Assembly: GCA_021803245.1 (NCBI GenBank)
Contig: JAJZLT010000042.1
Coordinates: forward strand, 1-43,080
Direction of reading: 5' to 3'
Origin: Candidatus Micrarchaeota archaeon
GTDB lineage: Archaea; Micrarchaeota; Micrarchaeia; Micrarchaeales; CABMGC01
Length of the DNA: 43,080 nt
The notes beneath the pieces are model-generated. The model had not been told where the DNA came from. It saw only the letters and a program-made list of their open reading frames with translations, and made no database searches. Of the stretch, positions 26,553 to 37,296 are shown in pieces. Position 1 is the first letter of the stretch. Each line of letters opens with the position of its first letter. Made by a program: the position numbers and the translations under genes.

Positions 26553-28798
26553 CTCTTCTCTTCGCCTGTTTTTTGCTTCCTGCTTCTCTGCTTTGTATTT
26601 TTCCTCTTTGTCATTGTAGCTTTGTTCTTTTTCCTGGTTTTTGCAGCCGTCGCACTTCCCGGCTCTGCCTGCATATTTACTACGCCGGCTGCTTTCACCT
26701 CTTCTTTTTCTCCGGGTGCCGCATTGTCTCCGGCTTCGCCGCCTTTTGGCTTGGGCTTGCCCCAGTCCTTCTTGCTAGCGCAATTCGGATCAAGGTCCAT
26801 CTCAAATACTTTGCCTTTCATGAAGACCTTTACTTTAGGAGTATGGCAGAGCTCGCATATTTTTCCAGTAGGCACTATCCTGGCATATTGCGGCAATGGA
26901 TAAGAATTGCTGCAATTGGGCCAGTTGCTGCAGCCTACAAACTGCTTGTTGTTCCTCGATCTTTTTATTACAAGATTGCCGCCGCATTTAAGGCATGCGC
27001 CCAAAGCGCCTGACTTTTCGCTTTCGGCAAGCCCCTGCTGCAAGCCTTTTCCTATCTCGGAATTCTTGGCATTGAACTTTTTAATTATGGCAGTTATCAT
27101 TTCCTTGCCCTCCTTTATGACCTCCTCTTCCGTTATCTTTCCTCCTGCAATATTGTCCATATCCTTCTCTAGCTTTGCAGTCATCTCCTCATTGAGGATT
27201 TCTTCACTGTATTTCGAGAGGGTCTCATATACGCTCATCCCGAATTCCGTTACTTCTATCTTTGAATTCCTTATGTAATTTCTTTTGAACAAAGTATCTA
27301 TTATGGCAGCCCTGGTGGCCTTGGTTCCCAGATTTTTCTTCTCCAGGAGGCCTATAAGCGATGCCTTGGTATACCTTCTTGGAGGCTCGGTTTCGCCTTC
27401 CTTTAGCACACTCCTCTCGATCTCTGCAGCCTCTCCCTGCGAGAACTTCGGAATCTGTTTCTCATCGACTTTGTAGTATGGGGCATAGAAATCGATCCAT
27501 CCGGCAAATCCGACTATATTACCTGACGAGAAGAAGACCTCTCCTCCCGCAACTGCGGTGATTTTTGTACTCTTTATCCTGGCCCATTCTGCAAAGCACG
27601 CAAGGAACCTTTTTGCTATAAGATCGTAAACCTTCTCTTCCTCTGCTGTCAGCTTTTTGGGCATTTCGCCTGTGGGAAAGATTGCGGGGTGCGCCTCATC
27701 CTCCTTAGAACCTTCTCTGGGCTTAAGCCTCCCTGCAGAGATGAGGCTCGCTGCCTTCTCCGTGTATCGCTCGATTTTTGCAAGGCTCTCTATTATTCTC
27801 CTGTGATTTATGGTGGGCGGAAGCTTCTGCGACGAAGTTCTTGGGTATGAGATATATGACCGCTCATATAGCGTCTGCGCTATGGCAAGGGTCTTTGAAG
27901 GATCCATCCCGAATACACGGCTTGCTTCAAGCTGTAGTGAGGTCAGGTCAAATGGCGGGAATGGGCCCTTCGGCTCCTCCTTTTCCTCGACCTTCTCTAT
28001 AATGGCTTTGCCTGCTTTAGCTGCATCAAGCGCCTTTTCGGCTTCACTCTTATCGAATATCTGCCCTCTTGCATTCTCAAACTGTATGCCGCGGAGGGTG
28101 ATCTCAAGCTTCCAGAAAGGCTCCGGTTTGAAGTCTTTTATCTCCTTCTCGCGCTTGGCAAGTATCGCTAGCGTTGGACCTTGCACCCGGCCGATGCTCA
28201 GTATCTTCCTCTGGCCGCTGTTGGATACTGCATTCATGAGAGCCCTGCTCAGGTTTATGCCCCACATCCAGTCAAGCATATGTCTTGCCTCTCCCGCATG
28301 CATGTTATTGAAATCGAAATTAGAGGGATTCTCGTAGGCCGCTGCAAGGTCTGCAGTAGTTGTCGTTGAGAACTTCATTCTTGATACGTGCTCGCCCGCG
28401 ATGCGCGAATTTGCATCGTTGTTTATTATGTACTTTATTATATTCGAGCCTATTACAGTGCCCTCTATGTCATAATCGCATGCGTTTATGAAAGAGCTGC
28501 ATTTTGAGCCTACACTCTTTATAACGTCAAGGTACTTCTTTGTGAAGTAAGCTGCTTTATTCACCATATACGCAGGAACCCACTCTATGTCAAAGACAGG
28601 TATTTCTGATGAGCGGTTCTTCTGATGCAACGTGAAGAGGTGGCCTGCTGCCGCTACCACATAGAGAAACTCGCCGTTTCTCATGCCTTCGTAATATGAA
28701 ACGCCATCGATATACTTGCGCGTTGGTTTCCCCTCGCAGAGCGAGAGGGCTATCCTAATCGCTACGCTAGGCTTCTCTGCTATTATGAGCTTTGTCAT
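26549..28798 (-). CDS. topA: DNA topoisomerase IA with C4 Zn ribbons and basic tail
   Basis: LIIAEKPSVA, ACDYDIEG, SIGRVQGPTL, ISYPRT (catalytic Tyr), EAHPAI.PT, LGTKATR. Confidence 0.96.
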   Translation of the reverse strand: MTKLIIAEKPSVAIRIALSLCEGKPTRKYIDGVSYYEGMRNGEFLYVVAAAGHLFTLHQKNRSSEIPVFDIEWVPAYMVNKAAYFTKKYLDVIKSVGSKCSSFINACDYDIEGTVIGSNIIKYIINNDANSRIAGEHVSRMKFSTTTTADLAAAYENPSNFDFNNMHAGEARHMLDWMWGINLSRALMNAVSNSGQRKILSIGRVQGPTLAILAKREKEIKDFKPEPFWKLEITLRGIQFENARGQIFDKSEAEKALDAAKAGKAIIEKVEEKEEPKGPFPPFDLTSLQLEASRVFGMDPSKTLAIAQTLYERSYISYPRTSSQKLPPTINHRRIIESLAKIERYTEKAASLISAGRLKPREGSKEDEAHPAIFPTGEMPKKLTAEEEKVYDLIAKRFLACFAEWARIKSTKITAVAGGEVFFSSGNIVGFAGWIDFYAPYYKVDEKQIPKFSQGEAAEIERSVLKEGETEPPRRYTKASLIGLLEKKNLGTKATRAAIIDTLFKRNYIRNSKIEVTEFGMSVYETLSKYSEEILNEEMTAKLEKDMDNIAGGKITEEEVIKEGKEMITAIIKKFNAKNSEIGKGLQQGLAESEKSGALGACLKCGGNLVIKRSRNNKQFVGCSNWPNCSNSYPLPQYARIVPTGKICELCHTPKVKVFMKGKVFEMDLDPNCASKKDWGKPKPKGGEAGDNAAPGEKEEVKAAGVVNMQAEPGSATAAKTRKKNKATMTKRKNTKQRSRKQKTGEEKR

Positions 28799-29043
28799 CT
28801 ACCCATCCTGCTGCTCTTGCTGTTCTTCTGCTTCTGTTCTGGCTTGACCGCACTTTTTCCATTCGGCTCCTTTGAGATCCTGTAGGCCATGTAGAAGCCT
28901 GCTGCCAGGGCAATTATCGCAAAAACATAGAAGAGAATGATTATGCCTGTGAAGAATGAGGCTATTGCTACTATGCTCAGTGCAACTACCCCAAAAGCGA
29001 ACGCCATTGAAGTCTGCTCATTTTCAAAAGATAGATCCATCAT
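28795..29043 (-). CDS. Small two-TM membrane protein
   Basis: Two hydrophobic helices and a basic tail; ATGA overlap with topA. Confidence 0.7.
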   Translation of the reverse strand: MMDLSFENEQTSMAFAFGVVALSIVAIASFFTGIIILFYVFAIIALAAGFYMAYRISKEPNGKSAVKPEQKQKNSKSSRMGR

Positions 29044-29123
29044 ATAACTAATTTATGCGTAAGGTTAAAAAACTTTCGCTGAGAGAGATTCTAATCTTGC
29101 GCTTCTTTTGTAATAGTGGTTGA

Positions 29124-29483
29124 ATGCTTGATGAGATAGAGATAATAGCAATAACCTTTGCCTCCGCGTTTATCTCATCGGTTTCGCAGTACTTTTTCAA
29201 GAGAGGGTTGCCTAGGATAAACCTGGATCTTGCTTCGATGAAGCTGCTGCTTAAGTCTAGAGTAATGATCCTCGGGGCGGCACTTTACTTAGTAAGCCTT
29301 GTCTTTTACCTTGAGGCTCTGAGAATGGGACAGCTCTCATTTGTATATCCGACTTTTGCGAGCGTCTTCGTCTTCGTGCTCATTTTCTCCAAGTTCCTGC
29401 TTCACGAAGAGATTTCTTGGAAGCGGGCAGGCGGCGTATTGCTTATAATGCTCGGTATAGTGCTCATAGCCTTTAGTTACTAG
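29124..29483 (+). CDS. Four-TM DMT/EamA-SMR family protein
   Basis: SQYFFKRG, LSFVYP, LLHEEIS..R..G..LI..G. Confidence 0.85.
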   Translation: MLDEIEIIAITFASAFISSVSQYFFKRGLPRINLDLASMKLLLKSRVMILGAALYLVSLVFYLEALRMGQLSFVYPTFASVFVFVLIFSKFLLHEEISWKRAGGVLLIMLGIVLIAFSY

Positions 29484-29490
29484 TGGTTGT

Positions 29491-29823
29491 ATGGATGGCA
29501 AGAAATTATTTGTACTGATTCTTATACTTAGCACATCCTTAGGAGCAGTGGGCCAGCTTATCTTCAAGCTTGGCCTTGATAGTTCCGGCGTGCCATTGGT
29601 TGAGCTCGTCGGGCTCGGCGTAGTTCTTTACGCCGTTTCTACAATGCTGTATTTCTATGTCCTTGGCAGGTCGCACTTAAGCTGGGCATATAGCTTTGTG
29701 GGCCTTAGCTATTCGATAGCCAGCATCCTGGCGTTTCTAGTGCTCGGTGAGCCTGTGACACCCCTGCGCGTGGCCGGCATAGCAGTAATACAGCTTGGCA
29801 TAATATTTATAGGCCTTAGCTGA
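29491..29823 (+). CDS. Four-TM DMT/EamA-SMR family protein (ArnE/ArnF-like)
   Basis: GQLIFKLG, LSWAYS, LGEPVTPLR.AGI. Confidence 0.85.
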   Translation: MDGKKLFVLILILSTSLGAVGQLIFKLGLDSSGVPLVELVGLGVVLYAVSTMLYFYVLGRSHLSWAYSFVGLSYSIASILAFLVLGEPVTPLRVAGIAVIQLGIIFIGLS

Positions 29824-29858
29824 TTTGGTACAAGAACCGGAAGCACGCCTTGCTCTGC

Positions 29859-30641
29859 TCATGCGGTTATAAAGCGCTCCTTATCAAAGAGCTTTATCCC
29901 TAGAGCAAGCACTATTGCAGATGTTGCCGCGAGAATCATGAGCAGCTCGATAAAGAAAAGCGTTGTCAGCACTGCTATCCCGAAGGTAGAGATAAATGGT
30001 ATTACAAGTATCGGTAGCACAAGGAGCGTGCTTACCTGCTGCGCCTCCTTTACGCCCTTGGCGCGGAGCGAGACAAGTACCACAAGGCCTATAGTGGTCA
30101 GTGCCAGGAAAGGTGATGTCAGAAGCATAAGGAACCAGCCGGTATTCGGGAGGAGGGTAAAGTCAAAGTATTTTCCTGAAGAATAATTTGCAACGCCGGC
30201 ATATACAAAGAAAATTATTACAGTCATAGCGACTGCAGGCAAGAAAGATGAAAGTATCTTGCCAAGCAGTACCTCCTTGTTAGTTATAGGAGTCGAGAGG
30301 AGCGATTCTGCAGTCTTTCGCTCTTTCTCTCCGGCAAAGCTGTCCGCTGCAATTACCGACGCAGTTATTATGGGCATTGTCATGAATATGGGGCCGAGGA
30401 CATTGGTCAGGAAGAACTGCATGAAGAAGACCTCGCTTGTAGACGAGCCCAATGGCACACTTGTCTTTAGCAGCCTCTCTGCCAGTGCCGGGCCCGCAAA
30501 CTTGGAAACGTAGACCGTGAAAGCAGGCAGGGCGATGGCAAAGAGAAGAGGTATCGCTATCATTGGCAGATAGATGCCCGGGCTAGAGAACACTTCCTTG
30601 AGGTCTTTCTGCGAAACGGCATATACGTGCATTATGTCCAT
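29859..30641 (-). CDS. ABC-2 type exporter permease
   Basis: AADSFAGEKERKTAESLLSTP...LLGK; about six TM helices. Confidence 0.9.
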   Translation of the reverse strand: MDIMHVYAVSQKDLKEVFSSPGIYLPMIAIPLLFAIALPAFTVYVSKFAGPALAERLLKTSVPLGSSTSEVFFMQFFLTNVLGPIFMTMPIITASVIAADSFAGEKERKTAESLLSTPITNKEVLLGKILSSFLPAVAMTVIIFFVYAGVANYSSGKYFDFTLLPNTGWFLMLLTSPFLALTTIGLVVLVSLRAKGVKEAQQVSTLLVLPILVIPFISTFGIAVLTTLFFIELLMILAATSAIVLALGIKLFDKERFITA

Positions 30642-31541
30642 CTATCCGACCCTCTTTATTATCTCGCTTATATTATTCTTCACGGAATTCACATTTATCA
30701 CGTCTCCGCCGAGCTTGCTTATGGATGCTATCACTTTAGGCACTTCGGAGAGCCTCTTTACATTTGCACTTATCGTGTTTGCAGAAAGCCGCCTTACGTT
30801 ATACCTAAAAAGTTTTTCTAGTACACTGTCCTGTAGATAATTGATGGTAGTTATCTCAACGCTTATTTTTGTAAGCCGGGATATTACATCCTTAAGTTCA
30901 CCGAATTTGACTGCCTTGCCCCTGTTAAGCAGCAACACTTTCCTGCTTATCCTATAGAGCTCCTCAAGCCGTTGTGTCGCATAAAGTATAGTGCATCCGT
31001 TGTCCGCAAGTTCCGAGAGATTCCTGTGCAGTATCTCTGTTATCCTTGGATCGAGGAAGGCTGAAGGCTCGTCAAGTACAAGCACCTTCGGCTCATTTAT
31101 CAGAGCCCTGCAGATTGCTATCTTCTGCTTTGTACCCCTGCTCAGCTGCGAGATCTTCCGGTCCATAAATTCAGAAGCCTCAAACCTATTTGCCAGATCA
31201 AGTGCCTTCGCTTCGAAGTCCTTCACATCGTAAAGCATTGAGAAAAACTTCATGTTCTGATAGCTTGTGAGATTGTCGTACAGTGAATAGTTTTCCCCAA
31301 GAAAAGAGATGCGTCTCTTCAAATCACTGCTTATTTTATTTATCTCGCTCCCGAATATCTTCACTGTGCCTGACGTTGGCCTGTATAATCCCGCAACTAT
31401 CTTCAGCAATGTGCTCTTCCCTGCGCCATTAGGCCCTATTATTACCAGGAATTCGCCCTCCTCTGCCTCAAAGGTTATATTGCTGAGTGCGTTGACTTCG
31501 GGGAATCTTTTAGACAATTTATGGATCTCTATAGCCTGCAT
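30642..31541 (-). CDS. ABC transporter ATP-binding protein
   Basis: GPNGAGKST, LSRGTKQK, LVLDEP. Confidence 0.93.
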   Translation of the reverse strand: MQAIEIHKLSKRFPEVNALSNITFEAEEGEFLVIIGPNGAGKSTLLKIVAGLYRPTSGTVKIFGSEINKISSDLKRRISFLGENYSLYDNLTSYQNMKFFSMLYDVKDFEAKALDLANRFEASEFMDRKISQLSRGTKQKIAICRALINEPKVLVLDEPSAFLDPRITEILHRNLSELADNGCTILYATQRLEELYRISRKVLLLNRGKAVKFGELKDVISRLTKISVEITTINYLQDSVLEKLFRYNVRRLSANTISANVKRLSEVPKVIASISKLGGDVINVNSVKNNISEIIKRVG

Positions 31542-31549
31542 GCTATTGC

Positions 31550-32446
31550 CTATGTCTTTGCCGTCATCCTATTCTTTTTCTCTATTATTTCGGTAAAGAT
31601 GTCTGTTCTAAGGATTCGCCTGTTCACCCCTTCTTTTACATGCAAATGAAGAGTAATAACGTAGAGCTGCGAATGAAGATACTCTATATGCATCTCGTAG
31701 CTAATTACTCTAGCATCTTTCCTGAGCAGTTCATCGATTACCTTCTTCATCTTTTCAAAGGAAACCGAATAATCCATATCGAACTGTATCTTTGCCAATT
31801 CTTCGGAATTCTTTATGTTCCTGGTCCTCCTGTAGTTTATTACCATTGCCTGCACGACTATGCTGTTAGGCACGAGTATAGGCACATTCTCTTCATTCCG
31901 CAAGGTAGTGTAAAGCAATCCTATATTTTCTATTATGCCGCTAAAACCTGGCACGAATTTATCATGAGGATAGCTCTGTGGCTGCATCCCATATTGCCAC
32001 GTATTTATCGTCACCTGGTCATCCGGCTCAAACGCCTTGCTTGAAAGCAGGTACACGCCTGCTATGAAATTGGACAGCGTTGTCTGCGCTGCAAGGCCGA
32101 CTACTATGCCCAGAAACCCTGCACTCGCGAGCAAGCCGGTTATGGATATGTTGAGAGTATAAAGTATGTAGAGCAGAAGTATAACATATGATAATATTCT
32201 AAACAGGTCTCTCAGGGTTTTAGCTTCAAGTACATTGATGTTCTTGGAAAGGTAATATACAAGTAGCAGCCCCAGCCCTTCTATTATCAGTATGCCTAGC
32301 AGCAGCTCTACAAGCAGTAGCTCTGAAAAGGATCTGGAAAAATCGTAATGCCTAAGCATGAAGTATGCTATGACTATAAAAGCAAGTATGACCAGCAACT
32401 TGGGCAAAATTTTACCGAAGCCTATTTTATTTTTGGCCATAAGCAT
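31550..32446 (-). CDS. Small-conductance mechanosensitive channel (MscS family)
   Basis: GFLGIVVGLAAQTTLSNFIAG, G.IENIGLLYT, VPNS; start at 32446 or 32440. Confidence 0.9.
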   Translation of the reverse strand: MLMAKNKIGFGKILPKLLVILAFIVIAYFMLRHYDFSRSFSELLLVELLLGILIIEGLGLLLVYYLSKNINVLEAKTLRDLFRILSYVILLLYILYTLNISITGLLASAGFLGIVVGLAAQTTLSNFIAGVYLLSSKAFEPDDQVTINTWQYGMQPQSYPHDKFVPGFSGIIENIGLLYTTLRNEENVPILVPNSIVVQAMVINYRRTRNIKNSEELAKIQFDMDYSVSFEKMKKVIDELLRKDARVISYEMHIEYLHSQLYVITLHLHVKEGVNRRILRTDIFTEIIEKKNRMTAKT

Positions 32447-32584
32447 GTTCCACCAGCAATAGTATTTCATAGTGCATATTTATTAAAACCTGCCTGGCAA
32501 TATTAACTGATTTTGCAGTTATGCCAGGGAGGGTGCACTTATTCGTAAATATGCTTAAATACTTATTGTGGCAAAAATGATTAT

Positions 32585-34570
32585 ATGAAAAGCTTTAAAA
32601 CTACCGACGAAATTAAGATTCCGGAAAAGCTTATAGACCAGGTAATCGGGCAGGACAAAGCAGTTGAGATAACTAAAAAAGCAGCGAAACAACACCGCAA
32701 TGTTTTACTAATTGGCGACCCGGGCACAGGAAAAACCATGATCGCACAGGGAATGGCGGAACTGCTTACCAATGCAGACCTTGAAGATGTGCTCGTTTAC
32801 AAGAATGCAAATGACGAGAATAAGCCAATTGTAAAAATCGTGAAGACTTACCCACAGCCAATAGATGAATCTAAACCTCTTCCTGACGGGCAGGGCAGGC
32901 AGATAGTGCAGAAAGAAAAGATGAAAGGCAGAGTTGATCCAGCGAAGGGCAGGAGCAGCATAGTTCCGATAGTGGTAATAATAGTGGTCTTCCTGGTAGT
33001 GATATCTTTCATGAACTTCATACATGGATATGAAGTGATACTTCTATCAGCACTGATACTTGGAGTACTTATCTTCGGAGCAATAGCCCTCTTTGTTAGC
33101 AGCTTCAGGAAAGTAGGCGGGCTTCTCCCAGGTGTCTTTGACACTTCAGAGCCCAAGCTCATTGTAGACAATACCGGAATGAGGCACGCCCCTTTCATAG
33201 ATGCGACAGGATCGAAGGCAGGCTCGCTCTTTGGCGATGTGAAGCATGATCCGCTCCAGTCAGGAGGGCTTGGCACGCCTCCCCATTTGAGGGTGGAAAG
33301 CGGCGCGATCCACAAGGCAAACAAGGGAGTGCTCTTCATAGATGAAGTGGCAGATTTGGATCCAAAATCGCAGCAGGAGCTTCTTACGGCGCTTCAGGAA
33401 AGGAAATACTCCATCACGGGGCAGAGCGACCTGAGCTCAGGGGCTCTTGTCAGAACCGAGCCTGTGCCTGCAGATTTCCTTCTGGTTGCAGCAGGCAACC
33501 TGCAGGATATACAGAAGATGCATCCCGCATTGAGGTCAAGAATACGCGGATACGGATATGAAGTGTACATGGAATCTTCCATGCCCGATACCGATTCAAA
33601 CAGGGAGCGAATAATAAAATTTATAGCGCAGGAGATAAAGAAGGATGGAAAGATTCCACCGTTCAGCTACGATGCGTGCATGGAGCTCATTGAAGAAGCC
33701 AAGAGGAGGAGCGGCAGAAAGGGCAGGCTCACGCTTATACTCAGGGACTTTGGAGGCCTGATAAGAGCGGCCGGAGACATCGCAGTCGAGCACAACAAGA
33801 AAGTCGTTACAAAGGACGACATAATAGCTGCAATGGATCTTGCCAAGCCGATAGAGGCGCAGTACGTGGCACAGACTATTGAATACAGGAAGGATTACAA
33901 AATCTTCAAGACAAGCGGCTTTGCGATAGGGCGCGTAAACGGCCTCGCGATAGTTGGTTCATCTTATTTGTCTGCAGGCATTATACTGCCCATTGTCGCA
34001 GAAGTGACCCCTGCAAGCTCAAGGACTGAGGGCAAGCTTATACCTACCGGAAAACTGGGCAAAATAGCAAAGGAGGCAGTAAAGAACATAAGCGCTATCA
34101 TAAAACGCCACATAGGCCGCGACATAACCGCTTATGATATCCATGTACAGTTCCTTCAAACTTACGAGGGAGTGGAAGGGGACAGTGCAAGCATTTCAGT
34201 GGCTGTCGCAGTTATTTCAGCATTGGAGGGGATACCTGTTGACCAGCAGGTCGCAATGACAGGCTCGCTTTCTGTGAGGGGAGAGGTCTTGCCCGTAGGA
34301 GGCATAACTTACAAGGTTCTTGCAGCAATAGAAGCCGGAATGAAGCAGGTAATAATACCGGAGAACAACCTAAAGGACATCAACATAGATAAGAAAACAC
34401 TCTCCAAGATAAAAGTGATAGCTGCGAAGAATATTGCTGATGTACTTGAAGCTGGGCTGAAGGACAGTGCGAGGAAAGACGCAATGGTCAAAAAGCTAAG
34501 GAGCTACATTACCGGGGATTCCAGGGAGAGGCTGCCGCTCCTTGAGCCCAATGCCAGCGTAGAGAAATAG
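32585..34570 (+). CDS. lonB: Membrane-bound ATP-dependent protease LonB
   Basis: [15 protein letters not shown], two TM helices inside the AAA domain, [24 protein letters not shown]. Confidence 0.96.
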   Translation: MKSFKTTDEIKIPEKLIDQVIGQDKAVEITKKAAKQHRNVLLIGDPGTGKTMIAQGMAELLTNADLEDVLVYKNANDENKPIVKIVKTYPQPIDESKPLPDGQGRQIVQKEKMKGRVDPAKGRSSIVPIVVIIVVFLVVISFMNFIHGYEVILLSALILGVLIFGAIALFVSSFRKVGGLLPGVFDTSEPKLIVDNTGMRHAPFIDATGSKAGSLFGDVKHDPLQSGGLGTPPHLRVESGAIHKANKGVLFIDEVADLDPKSQQELLTALQERKYSITGQSDLSSGALVRTEPVPADFLLVAAGNLQDIQKMHPALRSRIRGYGYEVYMESSMPDTDSNRERIIKFIAQEIKKDGKIPPFSYDACMELIEEAKRRSGRKGRLTLILRDFGGLIRAAGDIAVEHNKKVVTKDDIIAAMDLAKPIEAQYVAQTIEYRKDYKIFKTSGFAIGRVNGLAIVGSSYLSAGIILPIVAEVTPASSRTEGKLIPTGKLGKIAKEAVKNISAIIKRHIGRDITAYDIHVQFLQTYEGVEGDSASISVAVAVISALEGIPVDQQVAMTGSLSVRGEVLPVGGITYKVLAAIEAGMKQVIIPENNLKDINIDKKTLSKIKVIAAKNIADVLEAGLKDSARKDAMVKKLRSYITGDSRERLPLLEPNASVEK

Positions 34571-34616
34571 TTCAGTGATTGCAAGTGCAGATAGGCAATT
34601 ACACCGGGTGAGCAAG

Positions 34617-35729
34617 ATGGCTAAGCAGAATTCCATAGAGAAGAAACCGAATGAGGCCATAGAAGACCTTGGCAAGTCCATAATAAATGACATAGATTCT
34701 GGGCGGAATCCTAAATTCACGACGCTAGCGAGGACACGGTCCAACATACTTTATGATCAGAAAAACAGGTATCTGAAGTTGGGAAGCGCTTCAGAAGAGA
34801 GGAGCTTCATAAATGTGGCGCAGTCGAAGAAGTTTATGCAGACAATAGCAATCGCGGCAAAATGCCATAAATTCATAAAGGAGAATCTGCACACTACAAT
34901 AAGGGGACTTTACTACCAACTGAAATTCTCGCTTGGCGAGGATGTTGATGAGAACATCTTCAGCGAACAGGCCGAATCAAATCCGCTCATAGAGGATCTG
35001 GAAGTGGCGCTGGGGCTCAAGAGAGAAGAACTAAATCTGAATGCAAACCGGAAAGGAGTGCTCGCCGGCAATCTGAAGATAATTGACACGTTCGGCAATG
35101 AGAAGATAGAGATTGACTGCACAAAACAGGGGAGGAGCGGTTGGGCCATACCCAGCGATGTCGACAATGATATTGAATTTGTAGACGTAAAGGCAAAATA
35201 TGTGCTTGTTGTTGAAAAAGACGCCTTATGGCAGAGGCTGAACGAAGACTTGTTCTGGAAGAAAGAGAATGCGATAATAATGACTCCGCAGGGTCAGGCT
35301 GCCAGGGGCACGCGGAGATTGATAAAAAAGCTCTCTGAAAAGGGCCTGCCGGTATACGTCTTCACTGACTCTGATGCATGGGGATGGTACATATACTGGA
35401 CCATAAAGACAGGCAGCATAAATCTTGCATATATTGGCGGCGATGTTGCTACGCCTGATGCAAAATTCATCGGAGTGACCATGAGCGACCTCGACAAATA
35501 CGAGTTTCTTAACAAGCTTACAATAAACGCCAGCGAAGTGGACCTGAAAAGGGCCCAAGAGATGATAAGCTATGAATGGATTAAGAAGTACAAGGAATGG
35601 GAGGTAGAGCTGGCCCGGATGATAAAGTCAAAGAAGAAGCTGGAGCAGGACGCGCTGCAAGGGCCAAGGCTAACCTTCGTTGACGAATACATTAAGGAAA
35701 AAATAAAGAACAGGGACTTCTTGCCATAG
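34617..35729 (+). CDS. top6A: DNA topoisomerase VI subunit A
   Basis: TIRGLYY (catalytic Tyr), IEDLE, VVEKDA, GQAARGTRR, FTDSDAWG (TOPRIM DxD), KLEQDAL; GGGTGA SD before ATG 34617. Confidence 0.93.
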   Translation: MAKQNSIEKKPNEAIEDLGKSIINDIDSGRNPKFTTLARTRSNILYDQKNRYLKLGSASEERSFINVAQSKKFMQTIAIAAKCHKFIKENLHTTIRGLYYQLKFSLGEDVDENIFSEQAESNPLIEDLEVALGLKREELNLNANRKGVLAGNLKIIDTFGNEKIEIDCTKQGRSGWAIPSDVDNDIEFVDVKAKYVLVVEKDALWQRLNEDLFWKKENAIIMTPQGQAARGTRRLIKKLSEKGLPVYVFTDSDAWGWYIYWTIKTGSINLAYIGGDVATPDAKFIGVTMSDLDKYEFLNKLTINASEVDLKRAQEMISYEWIKKYKEWEVELARMIKSKKKLEQDALQGPRLTFVDEYIKEKIKNRDFLP

Positions 35730-35739
35730 CTTTTCATGG

Positions 35740-36198
35740 CTAGGAACGCCTTAGCTTTTTAGTGGATTCATGGCCATAAGGCCCCGGGTTCAGGCCCTGT
35801 CTTTCAAGCTCTGCATCCAGGCTTTGCTCTTTAAGCTCAGAATCTATGTGACTCACTTCAGATATGTGGCCCTTTATCTTGCCTCCGGCATCCCTGAATG
35901 CGCTTATGAAGTTAGGCGTGCCTGCAGCAGCTTCAGATAAAAACTCGCGCGCCTGCCCGAGTAAGGCAGATAATGCGGCTCTCGCGCCTAAACGGCCTCT
36001 CTTGGATATATCCTGCGCATCTTTATATGACATGAACGCAAACAGGTGCTCGCCGGACATTGATTGCCTCTGCGCGTCAGTTACTGCTTTTCTAAACAGC
36101 GCCTTGGCATCCTGCCTGTTTCTGTGCGCTTCGATCGGATGCCTTAACATATAAGAAGGCGGCATTTCACGAATATCTTCTTTCTGCTTTAAAACCAT
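35740..36198 (-). CDS. Hypothetical protein (orphan)
   Basis: 152-aa ORF with GGAGAGG SD-like sequence; no recognised motif. Confidence 0.6.
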   Translation of the reverse strand: MVLKQKEDIREMPPSYMLRHPIEAHRNRQDAKALFRKAVTDAQRQSMSGEHLFAFMSYKDAQDISKRGRLGARAALSALLGQAREFLSEAAAGTPNFISAFRDAGGKIKGHISEVSHIDSELKEQSLDAELERQGLNPGPYGHESTKKLRRS

Positions 36199-36341
36199 CT
36201 TTCCTCTCCCAGCAGTAATATGACCCGTGTAAAACTATTTATTTCTAATGTACGATATCAGGAGAGGTTTTAATTTCAGTATTTTCTGATTAGTAAAAAT
36301 TCCAATGTTATAGTTAATCTGGAGGCTGACCTATGAAATTA

Positions 36342-37292
36342 TTATGGGGATATCGCCATCTCAGCAAGCAGCGCTTCCAATTGTATCCTGTCGTTTGCGC
36401 CCTGCACGATCCTGAAATTGCAGTCGCCTATCCTGCTGATCAGCTTCAGCTTCGCATGCTGGTCAACAGGCAGGTTAAGAGCTTCCCTGTAGCATTGCAG
36501 GAGTATGTCTTCTCCGCTCATGCCGTAAACCATTAGCAATGTGTTAAGCTCATTTCTTGCCTTGACAAAATCTCCGCTTATCGCATATCTTAGCATTGCG
36601 CTGACTTCCTTGGGCCTGGCTTTAGAGGCTATATCATAAATGTGCTCTTCAGTTATGGACTCGCCCCTGCCAACAGCACCCTGAAGTATATTTGTTAGTT
36701 TTCTCAGATCGCCCTCGCTTACATAAAGCAGCGCCTCTATGGCCTTGTCATCTATCTTAAGCGATTCTCCTTTGACTATCCGGTTTATGTAATCACGCAT
36801 TTCCTCTTCTTTAAGCGGCTTGAAACGGAAGACCACGCACCGGCTCTGTATCGGTTCAATTATCTTGCTCGAATAGTTTGCACTAAGTATAAATCTGGTT
36901 GTTGCCGAATATCGCTCCATTGTCCGCCTTAGCGCATGCTGCGCTTCTGGAGTAAGGGCATCGGCTTCGTCCAGGAATATTATTTTCACAAGGCCTGAAG
37001 AAAGCCCGATTGTCCTTGCGAATTCCTTGACTCTGCCCCTTATCACGTCGATGCCGCGTGAATCAGATGCATTAAGCTCGAGAAACGCCTCGCTTATATG
37101 ATCACCGTATAACTCTTTTGCCATAGCTATGGCAGAAGTGGTTTTGCCTACACCTGCAGGGCCCGAGAAGATCATACTGGGAAAGTTACTTGCCTTTACA
37201 AAGCTCTTAAGCCTATTCACTATAGGCCCCTGGCCTATTATCTCGTCAAGTTTGGATGGCCTGTATTTTTCTGTCCAAGATAAGTTCTCCAT
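36342..37292 (-). CDS. rfcS: Replication factor C small subunit
   Basis: WTEKYRP, GPAGVGKTT, LELNASDSRGID, LDEADALT, IQSRC. Confidence 0.96.
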   Translation of the reverse strand: MENLSWTEKYRPSKLDEIIGQGPIVNRLKSFVKASNFPSMIFSGPAGVGKTTSAIAMAKELYGDHISEAFLELNASDSRGIDVIRGRVKEFARTIGLSSGLVKIIFLDEADALTPEAQHALRRTMERYSATTRFILSANYSSKIIEPIQSRCVVFRFKPLKEEEMRDYINRIVKGESLKIDDKAIEALLYVSEGDLRKLTNILQGAVGRGESITEEHIYDIASKARPKEVSAMLRYAISGDFVKARNELNTLLMVYGMSGEDILLQCYREALNLPVDQHAKLKLISRIGDCNFRIVQGANDRIQLEALLAEMAISP

Positions 37293-37296
37293 AAGA

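Noticed and set aside
36342-37292. Intein in rfcS (also checked lonB, topA, EF-2)
   Set aside because: Protein lengths are normal, the motifs are contiguous, and no intein-sized insertion is seen
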